Part shown: piece by piece, positions 32,198-43,899 of the stretch
Numbering within the stretch: the first letter of the stretch is position 1
How the letters are laid out: each line of letters starts with the position of its first letter
Translations under genes and position numbers: made by a program
Notes under the pieces: generated by a model
Database searches by the model: none
Seen by the model: the letters and a program-made list of their open reading frames with translations, nothing else
Told to the model about the DNA's origin: nothing
NCBI GenBank assembly: GCA_009692505.1
Contig: SHZC01000003.1
Location: 9,169-73,168 of the forward strand
DNA from: Myxococcales bacterium
GTDB taxonomy: Bacteria > Myxococcota_A > Bradymonadia > UBA7976 > UBA1532
Length of the DNA stretch: 64,000 nucleotides
Reading direction: 5' to 3'

Positions 32198-33805
32198 TCA
32201 GGTGATGGGGACGGGCTTCAAGGAGACCCGTCCATCGCGCGTCTGCACGAGGAAGCGAACGCGCCCGCAGCGGTACTTCGTGCGGAGCAGCTCAGCGTTG
32301 CTCTCCAGGGTCGCGAGGAACTTCTCGGCCGTGATGCCGCCCGTGGGCTCGCCGTTGGCCCGGAGCGCGACGCGGTACTCCTCGAAGATTCGGCGACGAT
32401 ACGCATCGTCGGTCTCACGGATGAGGCGGAGGATGTCCGGTGCCAGTCCGGACTGGGAGTTCGAGGCGGCCGACACCCCCACCCCGCCGGAGGTCCCCGC
32501 CTGCGAGGCGTCGACCGGGCGGGCGCGAAACTCGCTGGGGTCGATGGCCTCGATGAACATCTTGTCCTCGGCCCAAGTCTCGGCTGCCTGGGCCCGGCCC
32601 GGGGTGGAGGTCTCCTCCTCATCGGGCAGCGGTCGGCCCGTGAGCTGGCAGACCATGATGTTCAGGTTCTGCGAGGTGTGCGCCGCGGGGTGGGTCCCCG
32701 TGAGCTCGAACCATCGATCGAGGTTGCCATTGATGATCTCGAGGATGCCCTGGTCGATGTCCTCGTACGGCTTGTTGTAGATGCGGAAGAAGAAGATGAC
32801 GATAGCGAGGGCGAGCAAGCCCGTGATGAAGAACACGACGGCGATCATCGGCGCCATCGCGGTGGCCTTTGAGACGACCGTGTCCCGATTGGCGAAGACG
32901 ATGTAGCCCGCGTTCTTGGCGCTCGCGGTCTCGCTGATTCGGCCGATGAAGCCCATGTACTCGGGGCCCGCGAGCGTGAACCTGACGAGGTCCCGAGCGC
33001 TGCTCTTGAGTTCATAGAGCTTACCCGCCTTGAAGACCGCCGAGAGCGCCGACTCGCGGCCGGTGTCCACCGAAGAGCTCTGCCGGATGCGATCGCCGAT
33101 GAAGTAGGCGACCTCGATGCCCGGCCCCTGGTCTTTCTTGGCTTCGGAGTCGGTCAGTCGGTACCCGAGGATGACGGCCCCGACGACAGCGCCCGCCGCG
33201 CGCACGGGCTCGATGGCGACCACGGTCGGGACGTCTTTGACGAGCCAGAGGTCGATGCTGCCCGTGTCCGACGCCAACGCCGCGCTGAGCGCCGTGTGCT
33301 CGCCCACGACATTTCCCTCTTTGATGCCATACCAAGCCTTGTCATCAGGGCGCGCGACGCCGATCCCGTCGACGTTGACGACGTAGAAGAGGTCGGGCTT
33401 CTCGCGGCGCCACTCGGCGGGAACGTTTCGGGCGGCCACCTTGCCGTCTGCGAGGCTGGCGAACTGAGCCGCGAAGACAGCGACCTCCTCGTTCATCAGC
33501 TTGTGGATGCCGTAGCGGTAGTCGTCCTCGGTCGGCGGCTTGCCCTCCGGCGAGTTAAACTGCGCGAGCGGGGCGGTGAGCGCGTTGGCGATCCCCGGAG
33601 ACGCAGCGATTTGTGCGGCGCGTGCGGCGAGCGCGAAATCGTTGAGCGCGCGACCCTGCCCTGCGGCCCGATGGGCGATGCGAAGCCGCTCAGTCGCATC
33701 GGCGACCGCCTGCTCCTCTTGGGCGTTGGACAGCTGCAGGTACGACATCACGCTGACGAGCGCGAAGAGGGTCAGCAATGCACCGGTGGCCTTCGACTGA
33801 AACAT
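32198..33805 (-). CDS. Membrane protein with periplasmic sensor-like domain and conserved cytoplasmic C-terminal domain (MXAN_5187-type, tentative)
   Basis: 535 aa. An N-terminal TM, a roughly 300-aa extracytoplasmic region and a second TM (MAPMIAVVFFITGLLALAIVIFFF) are followed by a HAMP-like segment. The C-terminal block is YRRRIFEEYRVALRANGEPTGGITAEKF...VRFLVQTRDGRVSLKPVPI. Confidence 0.55.
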   Translation of the reverse strand: MFQSKATGALLTLFALVSVMSYLQLSNAQEEQAVADATERLRIAHRAAGQGRALNDFALAARAAQIAASPGIANALTAPLAQFNSPEGKPPTEDDYRYGIHKLMNEEVAVFAAQFASLADGKVAARNVPAEWRREKPDLFYVVNVDGIGVARPDDKAWYGIKEGNVVGEHTALSAALASDTGSIDLWLVKDVPTVVAIEPVRAAGAVVGAVILGYRLTDSEAKKDQGPGIEVAYFIGDRIRQSSSVDTGRESALSAVFKAGKLYELKSSARDLVRFTLAGPEYMGFIGRISETASAKNAGYIVFANRDTVVSKATAMAPMIAVVFFITGLLALAIVIFFFRIYNKPYEDIDQGILEIINGNLDRWFELTGTHPAAHTSQNLNIMVCQLTGRPLPDEEETSTPGRAQAAETWAEDKMFIEAIDPSEFRARPVDASQAGTSGGVGVSAASNSQSGLAPDILRLIRETDDAYRRRIFEEYRVALRANGEPTGGITAEKFLATLESNAELLRTKYRCGRVRFLVQTRDGRVSLKPVPIT

Positions 33806-33926
33806 TCAACGCTCCTGCTGGGCGACAGCAGGGTCGACGACCGCCGACCCCACGATTCTTCCGAGAATGGCGCCGGACAATAGGTGTCCGAGATGACCCC
33901 GTCAACGAGGGTCTGAGGTCAACGTC

Positions 33927-34760
33927 TCAGTCGCGGAATGACGCCGTGTATGCCTCAAAGCGGCCCGCGTAAGTGTAGGCCGCCTCCATCATGCCGGCGT
34001 CGTTGAGCGTCTCGGTGTCGGGCATGGCGTTGAAGTTGGTCATGAAGGTCTTCAGATCGGTCTTCGTGTCCGCTCGGCCGGGGGTCTGCTCGAAGATCGT
34101 GCGCTCGGCGTCCGAGACGGTGATGGCCCCCACAAAGCTCGCGCAGAGATCAGCGGCGCAGTCGTCTCGCTCGGCGACGAGCCCCACGGCCCGAAGCCGG
34201 ACGACCATGTTGAACTCAGTGCTGTAGGCGTTGATCTCGAGCCGGCTCTCGGTGGTCTGAACCGGGCCGTCCGGCCCACCCACGGATTCAACGGGCGCGG
34301 TGCCGCGGTTGAAGGTGCACGGCGAGGTCTCCGTACCCATCGTGCCGACGCACTCGCCCTCGGTTCGCCAGGCGAAGACGTCGTCGGTCGGATCCATGGC
34401 CGTGTCCGCGCCCTCGACGACCGAGCCGCTGCCCGCCTCGATGGTCCCGCCTTCGGGGTCGAGCTTCGTCAGCAGGATGATCGTCCGCTTCTGGAGCGCG
34501 TCGTTGAACAAGGCTCCGAGCACGAGCGAGGTATCGCCCGCGGGCTGGCTGAGCGTGATCGCCGTCCACTGGAGCACGTCGGAGGACGCGGGCGCACCGC
34601 CGGTGCCGACGTCCCCCAAGGCACCGCCGGTGCCGACGTCCGACGAGGCGCCACCGGCAGCGGCCTCTCCCCCGGCGTCCGTGCCGCAGGCGGCGAGGCC
34701 GGTCCCGAGACTGGCAATCAGGCCGAAGACGAGGCGATGGGAGAGTCGGGATCCGCTCAT
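33927..34760 (-). CDS. Putative lipoprotein
   Basis: Signal peptide with lipobox LGTGLAAC, then a Gly/Ala-rich linker. GGAGG lies upstream of the ATG. No family recognised. Confidence 0.55.
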   Translation of the reverse strand: MSGSRLSHRLVFGLIASLGTGLAACGTDAGGEAAAGGASSDVGTGGALGDVGTGGAPASSDVLQWTAITLSQPAGDTSLVLGALFNDALQKRTIILLTKLDPEGGTIEAGSGSVVEGADTAMDPTDDVFAWRTEGECVGTMGTETSPCTFNRGTAPVESVGGPDGPVQTTESRLEINAYSTEFNMVVRLRAVGLVAERDDCAADLCASFVGAITVSDAERTIFEQTPGRADTKTDLKTFMTNFNAMPDTETLNDAGMMEAAYTYAGRFEAYTASFRD

Positions 34761-34776
34761 TTAGACCTCCTGCTTT

Positions 34777-35700
34777 TCAATCAACGCGCAGTGACTGTGC
34801 AAGCGACGCCGTGCGCGCCACCAGCTCCTCGTTCGTAACCGAGCAGAGCCGGTCGAGGCTGAAGCCTTCGCAGGTGAAGCTGGCGAGGACTGTACCCGTG
34901 AGCACGGCACGTTTCATCGCCACGAAGTCCGGCGCCTCTTGCTGAGCGAGCTGCCCGATGAGGCCCGCCGCGAAGGTGTCGCCGGCGCCCGTCGGATCGA
35001 TGACCGCTCGAAGGGGCACGGCCGGCGCGACGAAGACCCCGTCCTCATGAAAGAGAATCGAGCCGTATTCGCCGCGCTTGATGACGAGCGTCTTTGGCCC
35101 CATCGCCCGGACGACGTCGGCGGCGCGGTAGATGTTCCGCTCCTCGGACAGGAGCCGCGCCTCGGTCTCGTTGAGCACGAGCAAGTCAACGCGGGACAGG
35201 ACACGAATGAGCGCCTCGCGCTTGCCGGTGATCCAGAAGTTCATGGTGTCGAGGGCGACTAAGTGCGGCGACTCCATTTGGTCGAGCACGCGCAGCTGCA
35301 ACTCGGGATCGATGTTGCCCAGGAAGAGGATCGGGGCGCGGCGTTGGTGAGGGAGGACCTTGGGATCGAACTGCTCGAAGACGTTGAGCTGCGTCTCCAG
35401 CGTCTGGGCGTCGCCGAGGGTCTTGCCGTAGCGGCCCCGCCACCGGAACGTGCGCCCGCCCGTTACGACCTCGAGCCCTTCGAGGTTGATGCCGTGGCTT
35501 CGGAACATCGCGAGGTAGGCCTCGGGGAAGTCGTCGCCCACGACGGCCACCACCTGCACGGGTGCGAAGCGGCTCGCTCCCACGCCGAAGTAGGACGCCG
35601 AGCCGCCGAGGCAGGCTTCGCGGTGCCCCGAGGGCGTCTCCAGCGAGTCGAGCGCGACGCTGCCGACGACGAGGATTGAGCGGGCGGTCGAGGGGTTCAT
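34777..35700 (-). CDS. PfkB-family carbohydrate/nucleoside kinase
   Basis: The start is taken at ATG 35700 (MNPSTARSILVVGS...), an ATGA overlap with the mtnP stop. Carries LGGSASYF and the C-terminal DPTGAGDTFAAG (PfkB signature 2). Confidence 0.8.
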   Translation of the reverse strand: MNPSTARSILVVGSVALDSLETPSGHREACLGGSASYFGVGASRFAPVQVVAVVGDDFPEAYLAMFRSHGINLEGLEVVTGGRTFRWRGRYGKTLGDAQTLETQLNVFEQFDPKVLPHQRRAPILFLGNIDPELQLRVLDQMESPHLVALDTMNFWITGKREALIRVLSRVDLLVLNETEARLLSEERNIYRAADVVRAMGPKTLVIKRGEYGSILFHEDGVFVAPAVPLRAVIDPTGAGDTFAAGLIGQLAQQEAPDFVAMKRAVLTGTVLASFTCEGFSLDRLCSVTNEELVARTASLAQSLRVD

Positions 35701-36593
35701 CGATTGAGCTCCTGGGGCCAAAGGTGACGACCGACGATGAGGTCCAATCGTCGGCGGGTGCGCTCGGGCACGAGGTCGTGCCGCGTCATGATCGCGCCAC
35801 CGCCCGAGAGCGCGCGATGGGCCGGCCACTCGACGGGGCCTAACGCGGCGAGGCGTCGGATGGCGTGGGCGATCACGGACTTCGCCAGGCTGACGTTCTG
35901 CTGGATGACCGCGACCACGGCTTCGACGGTCACGGCGTCATGCCCTTCGTGCCAGCAGTCGTAGTCGGTGGCGAGCGCCAGGGTCGCGTAGGCGAGCTCC
36001 GCCTCGCGGGCCAGCTTGGCCTCGGGCAGGTTGGTCATGCCGATGACGCTCGCGCCAAACGAACGGTAGAGGTGGCTCTCGGCGCGCGTGGAGAACGCCG
36101 GGCCCTCCATCACCACATAGGTGCCGCCGTCGTGTACGGTCGCGTTGGCCTCGCGCGCGGCGGCGACCAGCACCGCCCGCAGAGCTGGCTCCACGGGATC
36201 GGCGAACTGGACGTGGCCCACGCAGCCGTCCCCGAAGAACGTGCTCGCTCGCAAGCCGCGCGTCCGGTCGATGAACTGATCGGGGCAGACGAGGTGGCCG
36301 GGCACGATCTCCTCGCGGAGGGAGCCGACGGCCGAGACGCTGATGACGTGCTGGACGCCGAGCTTCTTCAGCCCCCAGATGTTCGCCCGGTAGTTGACCT
36401 CGCTCGGCGTGAACCGGTGGCCGCGCCCGTGACGGGGCAGGAAGACGCAGCGCGTCCCCTCGAGGCGCCCGGTGATGTACGCGTCGGAGGGCTCGCCGAA
36501 GGGCGTCTCGACGCGGACCTCATCGAGCGACGTGATGCCCTCAATCTCGTACAGCCCACTGCCGCCGATAACCCCGACGATGACCTCGGACAT
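35697..36593 (-). CDS. mtnP: S-methyl-5'-thioadenosine phosphorylase
   Basis: VIGGSGLY, FLPRHGRGH, VGSLREE, MEGPAFSTRAES, GMTNLPEAKLAREAE and TDYDCW. Confidence 0.9.
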   Translation of the reverse strand: MSEVIVGVIGGSGLYEIEGITSLDEVRVETPFGEPSDAYITGRLEGTRCVFLPRHGRGHRFTPSEVNYRANIWGLKKLGVQHVISVSAVGSLREEIVPGHLVCPDQFIDRTRGLRASTFFGDGCVGHVQFADPVEPALRAVLVAAAREANATVHDGGTYVVMEGPAFSTRAESHLYRSFGASVIGMTNLPEAKLAREAELAYATLALATDYDCWHEGHDAVTVEAVVAVIQQNVSLAKSVIAHAIRRLAALGPVEWPAHRALSGGGAIMTRHDLVPERTRRRLDLIVGRHLWPQELNR

Positions 36594-36629
36594 GCCGCTC
36601 TCCACAGGAAAATCAGTTGTTTGGGCGCT

Positions 36630-37685
36630 CTACGCCGATGGTCGCTCGCCGAGTTGGCCGCAGGCCGCGTCGATGTCCAGGCCTTTGGTGACCCGCACCG
36701 TGGCGGTGAGGCCGCGGTCGAGCAGAATGCGCTGGAAGCTCCGGACGCGCTCGTCGGCCGGGCGCAAGAACCGCGTGCCCTCGAAGGGGTTCCACGGGAT
36801 GATGTTGATGCGCGCGGGCAGACCGACAAGCAGCTTGACTAATCGGCGGGCGTCGTCGTCGGTGTCGTTCACGCCGCCGAGCAGGACGTACTCAAACGTC
36901 AGCTTGCGCCTCGGGGGCAGCGGGTAACGCCGAACCGCCTCGATGAGGGCGTCGATGTTCCAGCGTTTGTTGACCGGCATGATCTGGTTGCGCACCTCGT
37001 CGTTCGAGGCGTTGAGGCTGATGGCCAGGTTCACCGGCGCGACCCGGCCGAGCTTGTCAATCTGCGGGACCAGGCCGCTGGTGCTGATTGTTACGCGCTT
37101 ATGCGAGTAGCCGCAGCCGTCCGGATCGCAGATGACGCCGAGGCTCGCGACGACCGCGTCGAAGTTATGGAGGGGTTCGCCCATGCCCATGTAGACGATG
37201 TGGTCGATTCGAGAGCCGGGCGGCAGACCGTCGGCGGCGCGCACGACCTGATCGATCATCTCGCCGCTCGTGAGGTGGCGCGAGAGGCCGAGGGTGCCCG
37301 TGTAGCAGAACTGGCAGTCCATCGCGCAGCCCACCTGGCTGGAGAGGCACTGCGTAAACAGGCCGCCCGGCATGGGGATGAGCACGCTCTCGATGGCCGC
37401 CCCGTCAGCGAGGCGGAACTGGAGCTTGCGCGTCCCGTCGATGCTCTCGCGGACCTTTTCGAGCGTGACCCGACCGATGGTGTACTCGTTCTCGCGGAGG
37501 TGCCGACGCAGCGACTTCGACAGATCGGTCATCTGCTCGACGTCGCGAACGCCGCGCTGGAAGAGCCAGCGATAGAGTTGGTCGGCCCGATAGCGGGGCT
37601 CGCCCCAGGAGAGGAGCAAGTCGCGCAGGCCCTGACGGCTGAGCTCCGTCAGGCTGCGCTCGGGGGGGTTGGGCCGAATCGACAC
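36630..37685 (-). CDS. rlmN: 23S rRNA/tRNA (adenine-C2)-methyltransferase, radical SAM
   Basis: YRADQLYRWLF, radical-SAM CAMDCQFCYTG, GMGEPL, and STSG and NLAISLNA. The GTG start at 17... see coordinates: GTG 37685 lies 5 nt after the ndk stop. The longer track ORF overlaps ndk. Confidence 0.9.
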   Translation of the reverse strand: MSIRPNPPERSLTELSRQGLRDLLLSWGEPRYRADQLYRWLFQRGVRDVEQMTDLSKSLRRHLRENEYTIGRVTLEKVRESIDGTRKLQFRLADGAAIESVLIPMPGGLFTQCLSSQVGCAMDCQFCYTGTLGLSRHLTSGEMIDQVVRAADGLPPGSRIDHIVYMGMGEPLHNFDAVVASLGVICDPDGCGYSHKRVTISTSGLVPQIDKLGRVAPVNLAISLNASNDEVRNQIMPVNKRWNIDALIEAVRRYPLPPRRKLTFEYVLLGGVNDTDDDARRLVKLLVGLPARINIIPWNPFEGTRFLRPADERVRSFQRILLDRGLTATVRVTKGLDIDAACGQLGERPSA

Positions 37686-37689
37686 TCGA

Positions 37690-38112
37690 TCAGCCGAAGA
37701 TCTCGGTCCCTCGGAAGAACCAGGAGATCTCGAAGGCAGCCGTGTCGGTCGCATCGGAGCCGTGGACCGTATTGGCCTCGATGCTCTCGGCGAGGTCCGC
37801 GCGGATGGTGCCGGGGGCCGCGTTTTTGGGGTTCGTCGCGCCCATGAGATCCCGATTACGCAGGATGGCGCTCTCGCCCTGGAGCACGAGGACGACGACG
37901 GGCCCGCTCGTCATGGAAGCGACGAGATCGTTGAAGAAGGGTCGCTCCTTGTGGACCGCGTAGAAGCCCTCGGCCTCAGCCTTCGACAACACGCACTGGC
38001 GCGTCGCGACGACCTTGAGGCCGGACTTCTCGAAGCGGCCGAGGATCTCGCCGATGAGGTTCCGGCGGACGCCGTCGGGCTTGATGATGCTGAGGGTACG
38101 TTCGATTGCCAT
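37690..38112 (-). CDS. ndk: Nucleoside diphosphate kinase
   Basis: [12 protein letters not shown] and GATNP, with NTVHGSD (catalytic His). Confidence 0.95.
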   Translation of the reverse strand: MAIERTLSIIKPDGVRRNLIGEILGRFEKSGLKVVATRQCVLSKAEAEGFYAVHKERPFFNDLVASMTSGPVVVLVLQGESAILRNRDLMGATNPKNAAPGTIRADLAESIEANTVHGSDATDTAAFEISWFFRGTEIFG

Positions 38113-38178
38113 GATTCTACTCCGAGCCGATGTGGCCTAAAAAAGTCGGGCGCATTGTACGGAAACGGGCGCGCACTT

Positions 38179-38241
38179 CAAGGTGGGTTGCTGAGCCCGC
38201 AAGGTCGGTTGCTGAGCCCGCAAGGTCGGTTGCTGAGCCCG
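38179..38241. repeat. Intergenic tandem repeat, 3 x 21 bp (CAAGGTSGGTTGCTGAGCCCG)
   Basis: Units at 38179-38199, 38200-38220 and 38221-38241. Only one substitution (G/C at unit position 7). Lies between the sucD stop (38247) and the ndk start (38112). Confidence 0.95.
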
Positions 38242-38246
38242 AGACC

Positions 38247-39116
38247 TCAGAGCACGCTCTTCAACGTGCTCCCGAGGACGGCCGGGGTCGCGCAGATCTT
38301 GATGCCCGCAGCCTTGAGTGCCGCGAACTTGTCCGCCGCCGTGCCCTTGCCGCCGCTGACGATGGCGCCTGCGTGGCCCATGCGGCGTCCGGGTGGGGCC
38401 GTGCTCCCGGCGATGAAGCCGACCACCGGCTTCTTCATGTTCTCGGCCACCCACGCGGCCGCCCGCTCTTCCGCGCTCCCGCCGATCTCGCCGATCATGA
38501 TGACGGCGTCCGTGTCGGGGTCCTGGTTGAACGCGCTCAGGCAGTCGATGAAGTCGGTCCCGTTGACCGGGTCGCCCCCGATGCCGATGCAGGTGCTCTG
38601 GCCGATGCCCAGGCGCGTGAGCTGCCCCACGGCCTCATACGTCAAGGTGCCGGAGCGACTGACGACGCCGATGCGACCGGGCAGGTGGATGTGCCCCGGC
38701 ATGATGCCGATCTTGCACTGTCCCGGCGTGATGATGCCCGGGCAGTTCGGTCCGATGAGCCGTGACTTTGAGCCGACGAGCGCGGCCTTGACGCGGACCA
38801 TGTCGAGCACCGGGATGCCCTCGGTGATCGCGACGATCAAAGGCAGCCCGGCCCCGATGGCCTCGAGGATGGCGTCAGCCGCGAAAGGCGGCGGCACGTA
38901 GATGATCGTGGCGTTGGCCCCGGTCTCCTGTACGGCCTCGCGGACGGTGTCGAAGATAGGCACCGTGCCCTCAAAGAGCTGCCCACCCTTGCCGGGGGTG
39001 ACGCCGCCGACGAGGCGCGTGCCGTATGCCAACATCTGCTGACAGTGGAACGTGCCCGCGCTGCCGGTGATGCCCTGGCAGATGAGCTTGGTATTGGAGT
39101 CGACCCAGACCGCCAT
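38247..39116 (-). CDS. sucD: Succinyl-CoA ligase, alpha subunit
   Basis: [22 protein letters not shown], and [10 protein letters not shown] with the phospho-His context. Confidence 0.95.
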   Translation of the reverse strand: MAVWVDSNTKLICQGITGSAGTFHCQQMLAYGTRLVGGVTPGKGGQLFEGTVPIFDTVREAVQETGANATIIYVPPPFAADAILEAIGAGLPLIVAITEGIPVLDMVRVKAALVGSKSRLIGPNCPGIITPGQCKIGIMPGHIHLPGRIGVVSRSGTLTYEAVGQLTRLGIGQSTCIGIGGDPVNGTDFIDCLSAFNQDPDTDAVIMIGEIGGSAEERAAAWVAENMKKPVVGFIAGSTAPPGRRMGHAGAIVSGGKGTAADKFAALKAAGIKICATPAVLGSTLKSVL

Positions 39117-39119
39117 GTT

Positions 39120-40292
<1,173 letters not shown>

Positions 40293-40303
40293 GTCGGTCT
40301 CCC

Positions 40304-41677
<1,374 letters not shown>

Positions 41678-41776
41678 GGTCTGCTCCTCGCGCGTGGGTT
41701 CGGGCTCAGCGTGGTCGTCTGACCACTTTGAGGGGCGGTGAAATAGCGACTTTTCGCGAGGCGATCAACCCACTCG

Positions 41777-41906
41777 CCGAACGGCGAACAGGCCAGAGGC
41801 CAAACGGCGAACAGGCCAGAGGCCGAACGGCGCACAGGCCAGAGGCCGAACGGCGAACAGGCCAGAGGCCGAACGGCGCACAGGCCAGAGGCCGAACGGC
41901 GAACAG
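41777..41906. repeat. Intergenic tandem repeat, about 5.65 x 23 bp (CCRAACGGCGMACAGGCCAGAGG)
   Basis: Units start at 41777, 41800, 41823, 41846 and 41869, with a partial unit at 41892. Variation occurs at only two unit positions. Sits in the divergent region between icd (start 41677) and the histidine kinase (start 41956). Confidence 0.95.
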
Positions 41907-41955
41907 CACCCCGTGAGTTTGCGCCCGAGCGGCAGTTGGGAGCATACCGACGCTG

Positions 41956-43818
41956 ATGATTCTCTCGCGCCTCAGCCTGCCTACGAAGGTAACGGTCTTG
42001 CTCTTGGGCTTGTCACTCGGGCCCCTGCTCATCAGCGGCATCGTGCACGAGAACCGGGCGGTCGCGAGCGGCAAGCAGGCGGTTCGTGAGAGGTATGCGC
42101 AGAGTGCCCGCTTCGCCGCCCGCGCCTTCGACCTTCGCATCGAGGGCTTCAACCGGGACGTCGGGCTCCTGGCCACGCGGTTCCCCGTCGCAGCGCTCGA
42201 CCTCCCCGCGATCGCCCGCCACCTCGATGTTGAGGGCACGCTCCTTCCGACCGCGATCGGGCGGCACGAGCTTCACGTCTTCAACGCCCTCAACGAAGGC
42301 GACGCGCAGACCTTCCTGGCACTGCCGGATGGTCGGGTCTTCTTCTCTCAGCCCTTTCACAACGTCCGGTCGGTCCCGAACCTGAAGGCGTTCCCCTGGT
42401 TCGCCAAGCTCGATCGACTCCGGGGGGGCACGATCCTCGGGGATCTGCCGCCGTTCACCGTCGCGGGCCATCCCCAGCTCATCGCCTTGAAGCCCCTCTT
42501 CGCATCGCCCGGCGTGTCCACCGGGTATCTCGGGGCGCTGCTCGATCCCTCCGTGCTCCAAAGAATCCTGCGCGAGGTCGTCCGTGAGCAGAGCGGCGCC
42601 CGGTCGATCACGGCCGGGACTGAGCTCGCGGCGCTCATCAACCAATACGGTCAGTTCGCCGCGCACTCCCACCGCCATTTGGTCGGGACTGCGGTGCCCC
42701 CCCACCTTTTCGGGACGCGGACCACCGGGACCGAGGAGGTCCAAATCGGGGAGGAGCGAGTCATCCTGTCGCGCGCTGAGGTGGGTCGCTCGGGCTGGTA
42801 CGTCGCCCTCCAGACGCCGGTGCACGGCGCCTACCGCGAGGTCTACACGCTGACATGGCTGCTGACCGTGATGATCGTGCTCACCTTCATCTTCGTCCTG
42901 CTCTTCGCCGACCACCTCGCCACGGTGCTGCTCAGACCGGTGCATGAGCTCGAGCGCGGGGCCGAGATGATCGGCGCGGGGGCCTTGGACTACCGCATCG
43001 AGCTGCAGGACCACGCGCACGACGAGCTCGGACGCGTCGCGCACGCCTTCAATAAAATGGGCGAAAACCTCTTGAGGAGTCGGCGTCAGATCGAGGCTTA
43101 TGGCCGAACCTTGTCCGTCGCCAACCAGGAACTCGACGCGATGGTCTTCGCGATCACCCACGACCTGAAGAAGTCGCTTCGTGGAATCGAAGGTTTCGCC
43201 ACCTTCCTCGACGAGGACTACGCGCCCCAGCTCGGCCGAGACGGCGTGGAGATGATCCAGTCGATCGTCCAGAACGTGCATCGCATCGAGAAGCTCGCCG
43301 ACGATCTCATCGGGCTCGTCGAGCACGAACGCGAGCGCGGAGAGAGGGCAGGTTTCCCGATGGACGCCCTGCTGCGCGAGGCCCGCGAGCACTGCTTAGA
43401 GAACCTCATCGGCGAGGTCACGATTCAGCCGGGTATGCCCGAGCTCATCGGTGATCGTGTCCGGCTCAGCCTCGTCTTCACGAACCTCATCTCCAATGGG
43501 CTGAAGTTCAATCGGAGCGCGCGGCCTCGCGTGGAGATCACCTTCGAGGACCTCGGCACGGTCTTCGAGTTCGCCGTCTCCGACAACGGCATCGGCATCG
43601 ACAGCCGCTACCACGAACACATCTTCGACCTCTTCTCGCGGCTACACGCTAAGGACGAGTACGACGGCATGGGCACGGGCCTCAACCTCGCGTGGCGGAT
43701 CATCGAGGAGCATCGGGGTCAAATCAACGTCGAGAGCAAGCCCGGTCTCGGGAGCCGGTTCATCGTTCGTGTGCCCAAGGATCCGTCCAGCCTCACGTCG
43801 CCGGGGTTCCCGCTCTGA
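41956..43818 (+). CDS. Sensor histidine kinase (two TM, extracytoplasmic sensor domain, HAMP, HisKA, HATPase_c)
   Basis: The HAMP-like segment ends at HAFNKMGENL. H-box FAITHDLKKSLRGI, N-box NLISNGLKFN, and G-boxes DNGIGI and GMGTGL. No response regulator gene is adjacent. Confidence 0.85.
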   Translation: MILSRLSLPTKVTVLLLGLSLGPLLISGIVHENRAVASGKQAVRERYAQSARFAARAFDLRIEGFNRDVGLLATRFPVAALDLPAIARHLDVEGTLLPTAIGRHELHVFNALNEGDAQTFLALPDGRVFFSQPFHNVRSVPNLKAFPWFAKLDRLRGGTILGDLPPFTVAGHPQLIALKPLFASPGVSTGYLGALLDPSVLQRILREVVREQSGARSITAGTELAALINQYGQFAAHSHRHLVGTAVPPHLFGTRTTGTEEVQIGEERVILSRAEVGRSGWYVALQTPVHGAYREVYTLTWLLTVMIVLTFIFVLLFADHLATVLLRPVHELERGAEMIGAGALDYRIELQDHAHDELGRVAHAFNKMGENLLRSRRQIEAYGRTLSVANQELDAMVFAITHDLKKSLRGIEGFATFLDEDYAPQLGRDGVEMIQSIVQNVHRIEKLADDLIGLVEHERERGERAGFPMDALLREAREHCLENLIGEVTIQPGMPELIGDRVRLSLVFTNLISNGLKFNRSARPRVEITFEDLGTVFEFAVSDNGIGIDSRYHEHIFDLFSRLHAKDEYDGMGTGLNLAWRIIEEHRGQINVESKPGLGSRFIVRVPKDPSSLTSPGFPL

Positions 43819-43899
43819 TTTCGCTTTTTTAGCCCGATGGCGCAGCAGTCGATCGGTGATTACAGTCCGCGCCCCAATTCAGCAGGTACGAGTAGAACC

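Noticed and set aside
38113-38178. T6 run (minus strand GACTTTTTTAGG) between the 21-bp repeat and ndk, considered as an intrinsic terminator
   Set aside because: No complementary GC-rich stem precedes the T-run. The flanking GCGCCC elements are direct, not inverted, repeats.
41777-41906. Tandem arrays (also 38179-38241 and 16229-16383) considered as CRISPR arrays
   Set aside because: The repeats are contiguous, with no unique spacers between them. The units are 21-23 bp, with no cas genes nearby and no leader-like AT-rich flank. They are minisatellites or duplications, not CRISPR.
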